The notes below the pieces were generated by a model. That model was not told where the DNA came from. It was given only the letters and a program-made list of their open reading frames with translations, and did no database searches. The translations under genes and the position numbers were made by a program. Of a DNA stretch of 64,000 nt, positions 20,436 through 29,507 are shown one piece after another. Within the stretch, counting starts at the first letter, position 1. Every line of letters starts with the position of its first letter. This stretch comes from a virus: positions 32,001 to 96,000 of IMG/VR virus record IMGVR_UViG_3300032323_001387; one strand, 5' to 3'.

Positions 20436-22005
20436 CTTTGTTAATTACCTTTTGTTTCATTGCTTTACAAATATTATAAAACTCTGTGTACTCTGGATAT
20501 ACTTCTAAAAAGTTTGTACCATAACGACGATCCAAGTCATTGACAAAGTCATAGAACTTGGCACGATTTAGTGTAAAGTCTTTGTTGCCTTCTACATCAT
20601 TTTTAGAATTATAAGCAATATTCAAACACACACGTTTGAATTTTTCAAGCTCAAACTCTTCAAAGGCATGGTGCATTTTCCAAGTCTTAGTCTGTGTTGT
20701 ATGATCCGCCATATAGTTAATACTTGGCAGCAAATATTCTTGAATAAGATCTTTACTGGCCCACTGTGCATCCAAGAACGTTGGATTACGCAAGTAAGGC
20801 AAATCAATACCATTGATACTAGGATGACTTGTAGTCTTTTTACTTCTGTCTGTATATGACTCTCCAGGGAAAGCAAAGTTAAAGCCTGTGTCCTTTTCCC
20901 ACATGTTAGCGACAACGGGGTTAGGATTATATTTCTTTCTAAGTTCGAGCTGCCATTCAAACAATTTCTGTATGCTGGAAATACTTAGAATGTTAAACGT
21001 AACCATTGTGGTAATTCTAATATTACCCATTTGCATGATTTGTTCGTAACGCTTGCAGAACTTTTCAAAGTCCAGTCCTGGACGCAGATATTCCGCACGT
21101 TCACCCCAACCATCTACGCTGGTAAAGATAGTTAGCTTCTTGATATAGTTGCCACGACTTAGAATTTCTGCACGTTCGATAAACTTGTCCCACAGCTTGT
21201 CAGGTACACCCATATTAGTATTAATACTAAATTCAAGATCGGGGTTTGGATTGTCGATGAACCAGTCCATACTTCTATATGTTTCTTTGCTTAACAGCGG
21301 CTCGCCGCCTGTGATACGGAATACATGTAAGTGTTTGTAAGCTTCAGGCCACCATTTCCAAAATGCATCAATGTAAGGATTGAATTCACTGTTCTTATAA
21401 CTTAGACTGTCTAAGTCAGGTTGCCAGCCCTGTGCCCATACAGTGTGATCTGTATTTTCCAACAACTTAACTGGGCCGTTTTGTTTTAGTTCTTCTACCC
21501 ACTTACTACTATACTCGGGACCGCAGTACACGCATTTGAAGTTACATACGTTACTAAAGTCTACTTCTAAATAACTTGGATAAAAGTCTTTGTTAGGGTC
21601 GCTGGCTTGAATCTCGTCATGCTTTTCCAATGCCCATGGCTCTAAACTCTTATAGAATCTATCACTGGGACTTTTGTTATCTTCAACACGCCAGCAGTAA
21701 TCACATTCCTTTGGACGCTGTCCTTCCAGCATTTCTTTTCTAGCTTTTTTAAGCACACTAGTATTAAACAATGCGCCCGAATTCTTTTGAATTTCTTCTA
21801 AGGGGATTTTATGTGGCACTGGGTGGTGACAACTATGTGTCATTCCTGTGCCTAAGTGCATAGTAACTTGTGTAAACTTAGCAAGGCAAAAACCAGGCCC
21901 AGTGCTATCTAACAGTTCTTTTGTCTTATCAATATTTGGCCCGGTGCGAGCTACTTTATTGTCATAACCGATATCCCAATTGATATCACTGAGTTTCTTT
22001 TTCAT
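20428..22005 (-). CDS. Radical SAM protein with N-terminal twitch-like domain (paralog)
   Basis: FCLAKF..SCHH..ECDYCW, then CNFKCVYC and ITGGEP. Confidence 0.9.
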   Translation of the reverse strand: MKKKLSDINWDIGYDNKVARTGPNIDKTKELLDSTGPGFCLAKFTQVTMHLGTGMTHSCHHPVPHKIPLEEIQKNSGALFNTSVLKKARKEMLEGQRPKECDYCWRVEDNKSPSDRFYKSLEPWALEKHDEIQASDPNKDFYPSYLEVDFSNVCNFKCVYCGPEYSSKWVEELKQNGPVKLLENTDHTVWAQGWQPDLDSLSYKNSEFNPYIDAFWKWWPEAYKHLHVFRITGGEPLLSKETYRSMDWFIDNPNPDLEFSINTNMGVPDKLWDKFIERAEILSRGNYIKKLTIFTSVDGWGERAEYLRPGLDFEKFCKRYEQIMQMGNIRITTMVTFNILSISSIQKLFEWQLELRKKYNPNPVVANMWEKDTGFNFAFPGESYTDRSKKTTSHPSINGIDLPYLRNPTFLDAQWASKDLIQEYLLPSINYMADHTTQTKTWKMHHAFEEFELEKFKRVCLNIAYNSKNDVEGNKDFTLNRAKFYDFVNDLDRRYGTNFLEVYPEYTEFYNICKAMKQKVINKDV

Positions 22006-22014
22006 TTTGTGCCT

Positions 22015-22986
22015 TTAATTTATGCTATTATCTACTTGACTCTCTTTGACTAGAGCGCCTAACCTAGGTGGGTTAATAAAACTTTCTTTGAACATGCGAC
22101 TACCATTGACGTCCAATTCTGCAATCTCAAGATTTAAATTTGTTCTTAGTTCTTGACCAAATTTGTAAATTTCTTTTTTCAACTTGTCGGCGTCATAGTT
22201 CCAGCCTGTGGCATTACATCTGCCAGTGTCGCCCTCGAATTGAGGTTGAACACTTTCTTTCCAGAAATTATCATGCCAATCAAAATCCCTGCAGGCTGTA
22301 AAATCAAAACTATCTTTAGCAAGGTTAGTCAAGTATGCACCAAGTCTGGTGCCAAACATAGCCCATAGTCCATTTTCAACATCCGCTCCAACACTGCTCC
22401 ATACTAGGAAACGTTTGTAATTGCGTTCATGCACTTGTTCTTTTAAACGCCTAGGATCAACAGTTACGCCACCATTGAGCAATAGCTTGACACCTTCTCT
22501 AAAGCCTGCTCTATATGCTTGATATGCGCTGGCATTGTTGTGTACATCGCAGTAGATATTATTCATTTGGAAATAATAAATGTCCCAACAGAAGTCAACT
22601 TTGGCTTTTGGATCTTCTGCATTTTCATGTGTACGCATTTGTTCTACTACATGCTTAGGCCACATCTTAATACCACCATTGCCATAGACTAATCCGTTCA
22701 TGACGTTTTTTCCTGCCCAGCTAACAATGTCGTGCTTGCCTATTTTACTCATATCCAATTCTAGACTAAAGAATTCTTCGCGAACAATATTATCTGCGTC
22801 CACAGTAATAAAACGATCAGTCTCTGCTACTCTTGCTGCTTCTTTATGTGCATTATCGAAACCTTTAACGCCGTGTACTCGTTTTGCCCATGGTGCTTTT
22901 TCTAAGAGGTTTGCATAATTCTTATCTGCATTAGGTTCATCGTAGCTTAAAAATACGATATCAAAATTTGTAATAGGTACTGACAT
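22015..22986 (-). CDS. GT-A-like glycosyltransferase, family A
   Basis: VFLSYDEPNADKN, RVHGVKG, VDAD, NGLVYGNGGIKMW, RAGFREG. Confidence 0.6.
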   Translation of the reverse strand: MSVPITNFDIVFLSYDEPNADKNYANLLEKAPWAKRVHGVKGFDNAHKEAARVAETDRFITVDADNIVREEFFSLELDMSKIGKHDIVSWAGKNVMNGLVYGNGGIKMWPKHVVEQMRTHENAEDPKAKVDFCWDIYYFQMNNIYCDVHNNASAYQAYRAGFREGVKLLLNGGVTVDPRRLKEQVHERNYKRFLVWSSVGADVENGLWAMFGTRLGAYLTNLAKDSFDFTACRDFDWHDNFWKESVQPQFEGDTGRCNATGWNYDADKLKKEIYKFGQELRTNLNLEIAELDVNGSRMFKESFINPPRLGALVKESQVDNSIN

Positions 22987-23926
22987 TTGCGTCCTCGATA
23001 TGTAAATGGTGATAATTTGAAATTATCTTAACTGGTGTCTTAGATTTTAATTTTAATTCGACTAGTTTAAAATCATCCAATTCTTGAGTATTTAAAGTCA
23101 AAGTATCTAAAATTTGACCAGGATCGTTGCTACTAAAAACATAAAACGTTATTTCTTTATCCAAATTAAAATTTTGAGTTTCACTCATGATACTTTGGAT
23201 TTGCAGTATGTTGCCTATTTGTTTATATACTAGTGTAGGTTTTAAACTCGCAGAAGCAATAGGAACGAAATAAGGTTCCTTATCTATACTGATTTTAAAA
23301 TTATGATTATAATGCAAAAAACCCAGACTGTCAAATTTTATATGTTCATTGGGCAACCATTTGCAGGAAAATATTTGCTCGTGATTGGAAAATAATTCTT
23401 TGATGTTTAGCGTGAGTTTGTCATACAACTTGCTAGGCTCTTCTTTGTCTATACAAAAAATTTCCATCTGATCGGGCATGTTTGCTAATTGAAATTCTGT
23501 TGTACGTTCTTTGGTGTATTCTTGTTTAAAATTATCGTAGATAAAATTAGCATTGATTTTTTTACTAACTAGATCACAATGCAAGTGGATGAAATTATTG
23601 CTATCGTTTTCGCCATATACGTAATCAAATTCCCAACGTCTGTGTTCGCGATGCTTGTATAAGATTCTTGACCCCGACTCATGATCATATCTTATTCTTA
23701 ATTTATGCAAAGGAGATTTGTTATAAAATATTTCCTTAATAAGGTCATTTTCTTCAACTTCCAATGTAGTGCGTCGACTGTCGGTGCTAGGCACATTATA
23801 AGGCGATACGCTTAATACTTGATATGTTAATTTGTCATACTCAACATAAAACTTACTATCCTTAACTTTTTTCTTTTTAAGAATAGTCTTTTGTATGTCA
23901 AATTCATCATCATTGATATTACGCAT
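22961..23926 (-). CDS. Hypothetical protein
   Basis: 321-aa ORF packed in the operon; no motif recognised. Confidence 0.7.
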   Translation of the reverse strand: MRNINDDEFDIQKTILKKKKVKDSKFYVEYDKLTYQVLSVSPYNVPSTDSRRTTLEVEENDLIKEIFYNKSPLHKLRIRYDHESGSRILYKHREHRRWEFDYVYGENDSNNFIHLHCDLVSKKINANFIYDNFKQEYTKERTTEFQLANMPDQMEIFCIDKEEPSKLYDKLTLNIKELFSNHEQIFSCKWLPNEHIKFDSLGFLHYNHNFKISIDKEPYFVPIASASLKPTLVYKQIGNILQIQSIMSETQNFNLDKEITFYVFSSNDPGQILDTLTLNTQELDDFKLVELKLKSKTPVKIISNYHHLHIEDANVSTYYKF

Positions 23927-24766
23927 TTAAATAAATTTTTTTCTTAGGTTAGTCAATGTTTCGGCGGTTAGCCATGCACTGGTATTATATTTAACTAAAC
24001 CCAATTGAACATAATTTTCAATTTTTATATCGCCCTGATCGTTTACCCAGTATGACAAAAATTCTGTCCATGGCTTTTTCGACCATTGGTCATTGACATA
24101 GCTGTTTTCCCTTAAACTTAAATCAATCAAATTAACAAAGTCAAACTTCGTTATTTTAAGTCCTAATATCTTATGCATCATTGACATTAACCATTCGGGC
24201 CATAGATATTTGGGGAATGGGGGCATTGCATTATTTTCTTTATCTGCAAAAAAATCAATGAATTCATTTTGATTATATTGCGACGCGATCAATACTGCCA
24301 TACCAAATACGTAATCGCAGCCTTTATCTCTGTTAAAATATATTGCATCAATAATTGATCCCTCTCCAAAACTTTTTTGTTCAGTGGATCCTTCTGTGTA
24401 CAATGAGTAATCAAGTAACTCGCCATTAAAACTAGATCTAGTTTTTGGCATAACAATGCTGTTCATACCCCTTAAATTTTCCCATACATCAATATTGAAG
24501 TTAGTTAAAATTTGATCAGGATTAAACGCAATGGTTTTTGTATAAGGACTTGCTAATAATGAGTGAAAATATGTTGCCGACAGGATGTTACTCGGCTCTA
24601 TATAAATTTCTCGATCAATGTATAGCAAATATTTTTTTAAGTTGTCTTCATGTGCAATGATGCTGATAGGCCGTTCTTTGTCAAACAGCCTAATACTCTT
24701 GATCAACAGTTCAACCTGTGTCAAGTTTTTCATTTTACAATCAACTATTAAATAACCTTCAGTCAT
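23927..24766 (-). CDS. Degenerate nucleotide-diphospho-sugar transferase-like protein
   Basis: GYLIV...LIKSIR...SPYTKTIAFNPD parallels its neighbour (SPYNKTLMIDVD) but lacks DxD. Confidence 0.5.
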   Translation of the reverse strand: MTEGYLIVDCKMKNLTQVELLIKSIRLFDKERPISIIAHEDNLKKYLLYIDREIYIEPSNILSATYFHSLLASPYTKTIAFNPDQILTNFNIDVWENLRGMNSIVMPKTRSSFNGELLDYSLYTEGSTEQKSFGEGSIIDAIYFNRDKGCDYVFGMAVLIASQYNQNEFIDFFADKENNAMPPFPKYLWPEWLMSMMHKILGLKITKFDFVNLIDLSLRENSYVNDQWSKKPWTEFLSYWVNDQGDIKIENYVQLGLVKYNTSAWLTAETLTNLRKKFI

Positions 24767-25655
24767 ATATCATTTGTTTTATTTTGTCATAATGTCTAAG
24801 AATAGCCATCTTATTCATTACGTGAACATTTTCGTTTTTAACTCTACTGGCAATATTTTTCCATAATTCTTTTGGGTCTGGGCAAATTAATAACATGTCA
24901 TTGATTTCTTTGAAATCTGCTATGTCGTCAATCTGTTCACTGAACCGCATAACTTTTCCGGGCAGTTCATGTATTAAGTTGCCTTGTCTATGGCCATTTA
25001 AAATATGCACTGCTATGCTTACTGCATAGTCTGTTCTAAACAACACTCCAGGAAACTTATATAACCATTTGTAGTAGTTGTAATTTTCCTTGACATGTTC
25101 CCATACTCCAAAGAACAGTTTGGCTAATTCGCTGTCGCTTCTCCAGTATACAGCAGTTGACCACCACATGTCAATGCCATCTGGGTGTAATTTTTGTTCC
25201 CAAATACGTGGTTTATAATTACGAACACTTAATGCATGTTTGTACATAGCGACTTCACTGTCGGTATCAAATATAGCATCTAATGTGTCGTTGCCAATCA
25301 AGTAGTCAACGTCTATCATTAACGTTTTATTATAAGGACTCTTGTTAAAAATACTATGCTTATTTTTATTGTTGAATTGCGTAGTAAACTCGTTCCATGG
25401 ACTGTCACGATGTGTTCTTGTATTACGTTCGTGCGTTACATTGTCAATGATAATATGATCAAATGTCTGAGCAGCGAGACTTGGCGTTAGTTCTAATTGT
25501 AATGCGTCAAACGTGGGTTGATCTGTTAACAGAGTTACATGATTATTCGTCATGTGTAGTTTTACACATCTAGCTGCCACTAATGCTAGTTTTTCATAAT
25601 CAATTTTACCGTTGTTGTAGGCAATAAGCAATATACCAGAATCAAATTTACTCAT
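24759..25655 (-). CDS. Nucleotide-diphospho-sugar transferase-like (GT-A) protein
   Basis: GILLIAYNN..DY, SPYNKTLMIDVDY, WSTAVYW, FRTDYAVSIA, HVMNK. Confidence 0.6.
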   Translation of the reverse strand: MSKFDSGILLIAYNNGKIDYEKLALVAARCVKLHMTNNHVTLLTDQPTFDALQLELTPSLAAQTFDHIIIDNVTHERNTRTHRDSPWNEFTTQFNNKNKHSIFNKSPYNKTLMIDVDYLIGNDTLDAIFDTDSEVAMYKHALSVRNYKPRIWEQKLHPDGIDMWWSTAVYWRSDSELAKLFFGVWEHVKENYNYYKWLYKFPGVLFRTDYAVSIAVHILNGHRQGNLIHELPGKVMRFSEQIDDIADFKEINDMLLICPDPKELWKNIASRVKNENVHVMNKMAILRHYDKIKQMIYD

Positions 25656-26001
25656 TTAAACCAACCAACCCTTTTGTGTCACGTTGTTTTTTAAGTTTTT
25701 CATTTTCCACATAGTATTCATTTAATGCTTCTGTGTATGCACTAAAAAGTTTTTCGTGGAATTCTTTGATGTTAGTAACCAGTACTGGATTTTCGTTGTC
25801 GTCTAAGAATATATAACGCTCGACATCTAAGTCAATTAGTTGTTTGACAAAATTAAGTAATTCTAGTTTTGCTGTAAAAAGTGAACTCATGTAACCAATA
25901 GTTAACATAGTGTTCATACGTTGTTTGAGATTTAGCTTTTGGTTGTTCAGTGTTAACCTATAGTTACTGAACTCCAAAGCCGCTTTGAGTTTTTCATCCA
26001 T
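25648..26001 (-). CDS. Hypothetical phage protein heading the modification cluster
   Basis: GGAG at 26008-26011 supports the MDEKL start; late promoter upstream. Confidence 0.7.
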   Translation of the reverse strand: MDEKLKAALEFSNYRLTLNNQKLNLKQRMNTMLTIGYMSSLFTAKLELLNFVKQLIDLDVERYIFLDDNENPVLVTNIKEFHEKLFSAYTEALNEYYVENEKLKKQRDTKGLVGLNE

Positions 26002-26030
26002 CCAGAGCTCCATTATGTGCTATTTTAATT

Positions 26031-26038
26031 TATTTATA
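26031..26038 (-). promoter_or_regulatory. T4-type late promoter TATAAATA
   Basis: Exact consensus in the gap preceding the modification cluster. Confidence 0.7.
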
Positions 26039-26064
26039 TCACAAAACAGCAATTTGTGGACGGT

Positions 26065-27306
26065 TCAAACAGGTTGTTCGGTGTAATCATATAGATTAAC
26101 AGGATCATTAACACTATTCAGAAGGTTGACTAGTAACTGCATTATAACTATTATAATATTTTTTATTTGGGTACGTTCGGCAGAAGTAACTGGTATGCCA
26201 TTGTTATTAAGAGAATTTACTAAAGCAGTTGTTATGTCATCGGAACTAATATTAACATCTAATACATTAGCAAAACCAAAATCGACAGCACTATATTTTA
26301 ATGTGGTTCTTGTATAAATTTTTCCGCCATTAGTAAAAGAAGTTTGATTTGTTTGTTTTGGTGTTGCTGTCAGAAGATAAATTACATTGGTATTATTTCC
26401 AAGAGCATCATTTATTATAGAGTTAAAAGAATCGATTCCTGCATTTAATTCTGCATCTATAGACGATTCGCTAATAGTTGCACCGAATTGGCTTTGTACA
26501 TAAGAAATCAATTCACTTATTTTTTGTCTCATTAACGAATCATAAACTATAGAATTTCTTTCCGAGCTACTTACTTGAAGATTGGATTTTGTTACATCAC
26601 CCATCCATCCTGTAAAATTTCTATTAGCAATAAATAATCCTAGGCTACCATTTGAAGGAGACCAATTTACTGTTCGTGTGATTACATTTGGTGTAACACT
26701 GATACTAGTATCATTAATTGTAACAGTAGTATTTGCCTGACCGTTATTCAAACTAATAGCAAATGTTTCTGTTCCTTCTGTAGTAGTATCTGCAGTAACG
26801 TTAAATGTTAAAACTTGCCCGTTGGACACTGAACCAGACAGAGACGCTCCTCCAATATCTGCCGATGATACTCCGGTGATAGTATAAGGAAAACTACCTG
26901 ACTGATTGGTATTAAATGTAATATTAAAACTGGATCCTTCATTTGCATTATTGACTGATCTTGTAAATGAATATGATGGATTAGCAGGAGCAACATACCC
27001 GCACGTCACACTGTTTGGCGTGTCTTCGTTGTATGTCCCGCCGTTGCCATTTGCCTTTGTTACTCTGTATGTATAAGTGCCGGGAACACAACCTTGACTT
27101 ACAATGGTTCCTGCTGGAGTAAATGATGTATCATTAATTGTAATAGGAGCACTTAAATTACCAATAACTTGGCCACGAACAGAGTCTCTGCGAATTTGAA
27201 CTGACATTGTTTTTTGTCCGTCAGTTAGTTGATCTGCATCAACATTTACAGTAAAACTGCCAGTATTGTTATTAACAATAAAAGATCCGCTTTTAGATTC
27301 TGCCAT
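26065..27306 (-). CDS. Virion surface protein with Ig/Calx-beta-like domains
   Basis: NEGSSF...ADTTTEGTETF...VTINDTS repeat pattern; S/T/N/G-rich. Confidence 0.65.
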   Translation of the reverse strand: MAESKSGSFIVNNNTGSFTVNVDADQLTDGQKTMSVQIRRDSVRGQVIGNLSAPITINDTSFTPAGTIVSQGCVPGTYTYRVTKANGNGGTYNEDTPNSVTCGYVAPANPSYSFTRSVNNANEGSSFNITFNTNQSGSFPYTITGVSSADIGGASLSGSVSNGQVLTFNVTADTTTEGTETFAISLNNGQANTTVTINDTSISVTPNVITRTVNWSPSNGSLGLFIANRNFTGWMGDVTKSNLQVSSSERNSIVYDSLMRQKISELISYVQSQFGATISESSIDAELNAGIDSFNSIINDALGNNTNVIYLLTATPKQTNQTSFTNGGKIYTRTTLKYSAVDFGFANVLDVNISSDDITTALVNSLNNNGIPVTSAERTQIKNIIIVIMQLLVNLLNSVNDPVNLYDYTEQPV

Positions 27307-27314
27307 GTACTTCC

Positions 27315-28511
27315 TTAACTTATGTTAGACGTCCAATATAAAGTTGTTCCATCGGGTATGTTTGTAGTATTGACTGTAACTGTAACATTGCCGCCTTCAT
27401 TCACACTAGAACTACTTGCTACTGGGCTAGCTGTCGGCACAGGTGGTGTATACGACGAACCTGAATATGTAGGACCGGTAATATTAAATGATGCGGATCC
27501 GCTTGTTTTTGGAATCGCTTTATTAGTTTCAACGTGCAGGGTATGTGTTCCTGTAACTGCTGAAGTATTGGCACAGCTTAATTGAACAGTCAATACTAAT
27601 CTTACTGGGCCATCTACGTAATTTGAACCAACCGGAACTATTCTACCGTAAATTCGAATTTTCTGGCTTCCAGCGCCGCCGTTGCCGTAACCATAAGATC
27701 CATAACCATAGCCGTATCCATACCCGTAGCCATAGCCGTATCCGTCGTAACAGTTGCCATAGCCGTATCCATAACCATAGCCGTATCCATAACCATAGCC
27801 GTATCCATAACCACCACCGCTGCCACTACGGCAATTAACTGTTAATAATAATTGATCAGTTCCATTTAAATCCTCGAAGCCTTTGCCTTCGCTGATAATG
27901 TTAGCAGTAGTGGATAATGTATTATCTAAGTTAAAGCTAACTGTGCCCAGACGTTGGTAAACATAGGCCCAGCTTGCTGCTAAATTATTGCCGCCGACTG
28001 ATGATAAGTTTAATCTAATAGAGCTACCGCTGTTAAAATAATGTCTAGCCTTTTGATAATTAGCAAAACCCAAGTTAACTGTATAAGTCAATGTACCAGA
28101 AAATCCACTGGTATGTGCAATATTTCCCAATATGCCAATGGCAGTCTGACCCATTGCGGCTGTATTTTTCTTAGGGTCGATGTCTAATAGTACTGTATCC
28201 AAATCTTGCCAAATACTGGCTGTGATTTTTTGACCAGAAATAACTCTATCTAATTCATATTGGCCACCTACGTGCTCAGAACTTAAATTAAGACGATCAA
28301 CAACTTGATTAACTAATGCGGCACTAACTTTGGTTCCAACGTTTACTGAATTCGCTTCTGTATTTCCCCAGCCATATGCTTGTAATGCACGTCTAACTAA
28401 ATTTGCAGTAGGAGTGCTTGTAGGATAATTGTCAGCAAAAATTTTGTTGGTTCTACTAACCAACGCATTATAATCATTTGCCGTGATCTTTTTGCCGACT
28501 GCTACTGTCAT
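27315..28511 (-). CDS. Virion structural protein with (GY)n insert and a C-terminal half Ig-like domain
   Basis: KITANDYN-type repeats, ARHYFNSG, GY tract, ends VNEGGNVTVTVNTTNIPDGTTLYW. Confidence 0.65.
   Translation of the reverse strand: MTVAVGKKITANDYNALVSRTNKIFADNYPTSTPTANLVRRALQAYGWGNTEANSVNVGTKVSAALVNQVVDRLNLSSEHVGGQYELDRVISGQKITASIWQDLDTVLLDIDPKKNTAAMGQTAIGILGNIAHTSGFSGTLTYTVNLGFANYQKARHYFNSGSSIRLNLSSVGGNNLAASWAYVYQRLGTVSFNLDNTLSTTANIISEGKGFEDLNGTDQLLLTVNCRSGSGGGYGYGYGYGYGYGYGYGYGNCYDGYGYGYGYGYGYGYGSYGYGNGGAGSQKIRIYGRIVPVGSNYVDGPVRLVLTVQLSCANTSAVTGTHTLHVETNKAIPKTSGSASFNITGPTYSGSSYTPPVPTASPVASSSSVNEGGNVTVTVNTTNIPDGTTLYWTSNIS
27757..27810. repeat. Three perfect tandem copies of 18-bp CCATAGCCGTATCCATAA (encodes GY repeats), with degenerate copies back to ~27685
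   Basis: Read directly: 27757-27774, 27775-27792, 27793-27810. Confidence 0.95.
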
Positions 28512-29473
28512 TATTTAACGCCCACCGCGGCTTCAACTAAGCCAACTTCTTCTGTTTCTTTATGCCCTATTGCTCGGCCAATTATCGCCATAGTATCATT
28601 TAAATGATCTGTGGCCATGCCAACACCATCTATGTCACTAGGGACAATACGCTGGCCTGCTCTAATAGGTCCTTTTACTAAACAAGGCACACGACCTTTT
28701 AGTGCAACAGGGTATGCATGTTCTTGCATTTTCATTCTGCTATTCAACAAGAAGCCAGGGGCTGTACTGATAACACCAAATACTTGATCATCCCATGCTC
28801 TAACTGTTTTTGTAATTTCTGCGGCACCGCCTAAACGTACTAAGTTGCCAGGTAGCAAAGGAGTATCGGCACGATAAATTTCAGCCATATCCGCAAATTC
28901 TGCTTCAACTGTTCTGCCGCGCAACTTAAAGTTACCCCAAGTTTCTTCGCCTACGTCTGCTGTACCGCTTTGATTTAAGTTAATACCTTGTCCTATTATT
29001 GGAAATGGATTCGCTAACGCGGCATCGGGGCCGCCCGGTGTATATGTGCCAGCATCGCTGCTCATAATAGCAACTACAACCTTGTTAACGACAAACTGCA
29101 TAGCAGGATGCACACCACCTGTTGTATCTGTTATGTTGCCAATTTTAATACCAGTTTTCTTACCGCCGATTAAATCTCTTCCGCCTAATGGACTCCAGCC
29201 GCCTGCTGTATAAATGTTGATAACTTCGTTAACGCTGTCATACCACAATTGGCCAATGATTGGATTTACTAATTTAGAATCTAATGGTTGGTATGTAGTA
29301 AGGCTACCTGGGCTAGAAAAATGTTCTAACATTTGAACTAGGTTTTCGGCCATAATTTCGCCATAGCCTGCGTAATTCTTACCTATAAGCTTTATAGGTG
29401 TAGTTATGTCAACTGTTCTATCTGCTAGAATAGTTAATCTAGTTCCGTCTGTTTTGGTTACATCATATGCCAT
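28511..29473 (-). CDS. Tail-fibre-type protein with C-terminal intramolecular chaperone/autocleavage-like domain
   Basis: LIGKNYAGYGE..AENLV N-terminus; ADMAEIY...VFGVISTAP...VALKGRVPCLVKG...IIGRA C-terminus. Confidence 0.65.
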   Translation of the reverse strand: MAYDVTKTDGTRLTILADRTVDITTPIKLIGKNYAGYGEIMAENLVQMLEHFSSPGSLTTYQPLDSKLVNPIIGQLWYDSVNEVINIYTAGGWSPLGGRDLIGGKKTGIKIGNITDTTGGVHPAMQFVVNKVVVAIMSSDAGTYTPGGPDAALANPFPIIGQGINLNQSGTADVGEETWGNFKLRGRTVEAEFADMAEIYRADTPLLPGNLVRLGGAAEITKTVRAWDDQVFGVISTAPGFLLNSRMKMQEHAYPVALKGRVPCLVKGPIRAGQRIVPSDIDGVGMATDHLNDTMAIIGRAIGHKETEEVGLVEAAVGVK

Positions 29474-29496
29474 CTATCGAAATTCCTTTAATATAA

Positions 29497-29504
29497 TATT
29501 TATC
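29497..29504 (-). promoter_or_regulatory. Late promoter variant GATAAATA
   Basis: 7/8 match to TATAAATA in the intergenic gap, followed by AAGGA and ATG. Confidence 0.55.
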
Positions 29505-29507
29505 TAA

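Noticed and set aside
1-26001. Bacterial O-antigen/capsule locus (host DNA or prophage flank)
   Set aside because: No wzx/wzy/ABC export or membrane initiating transferase; contiguous and co-oriented with phage structural genes and carries T4-type late boxes
27685-27812. Short direct repeats as a possible CRISPR array
   Set aside because: Contiguous in-frame coding repeats with no spacers; no cas genes
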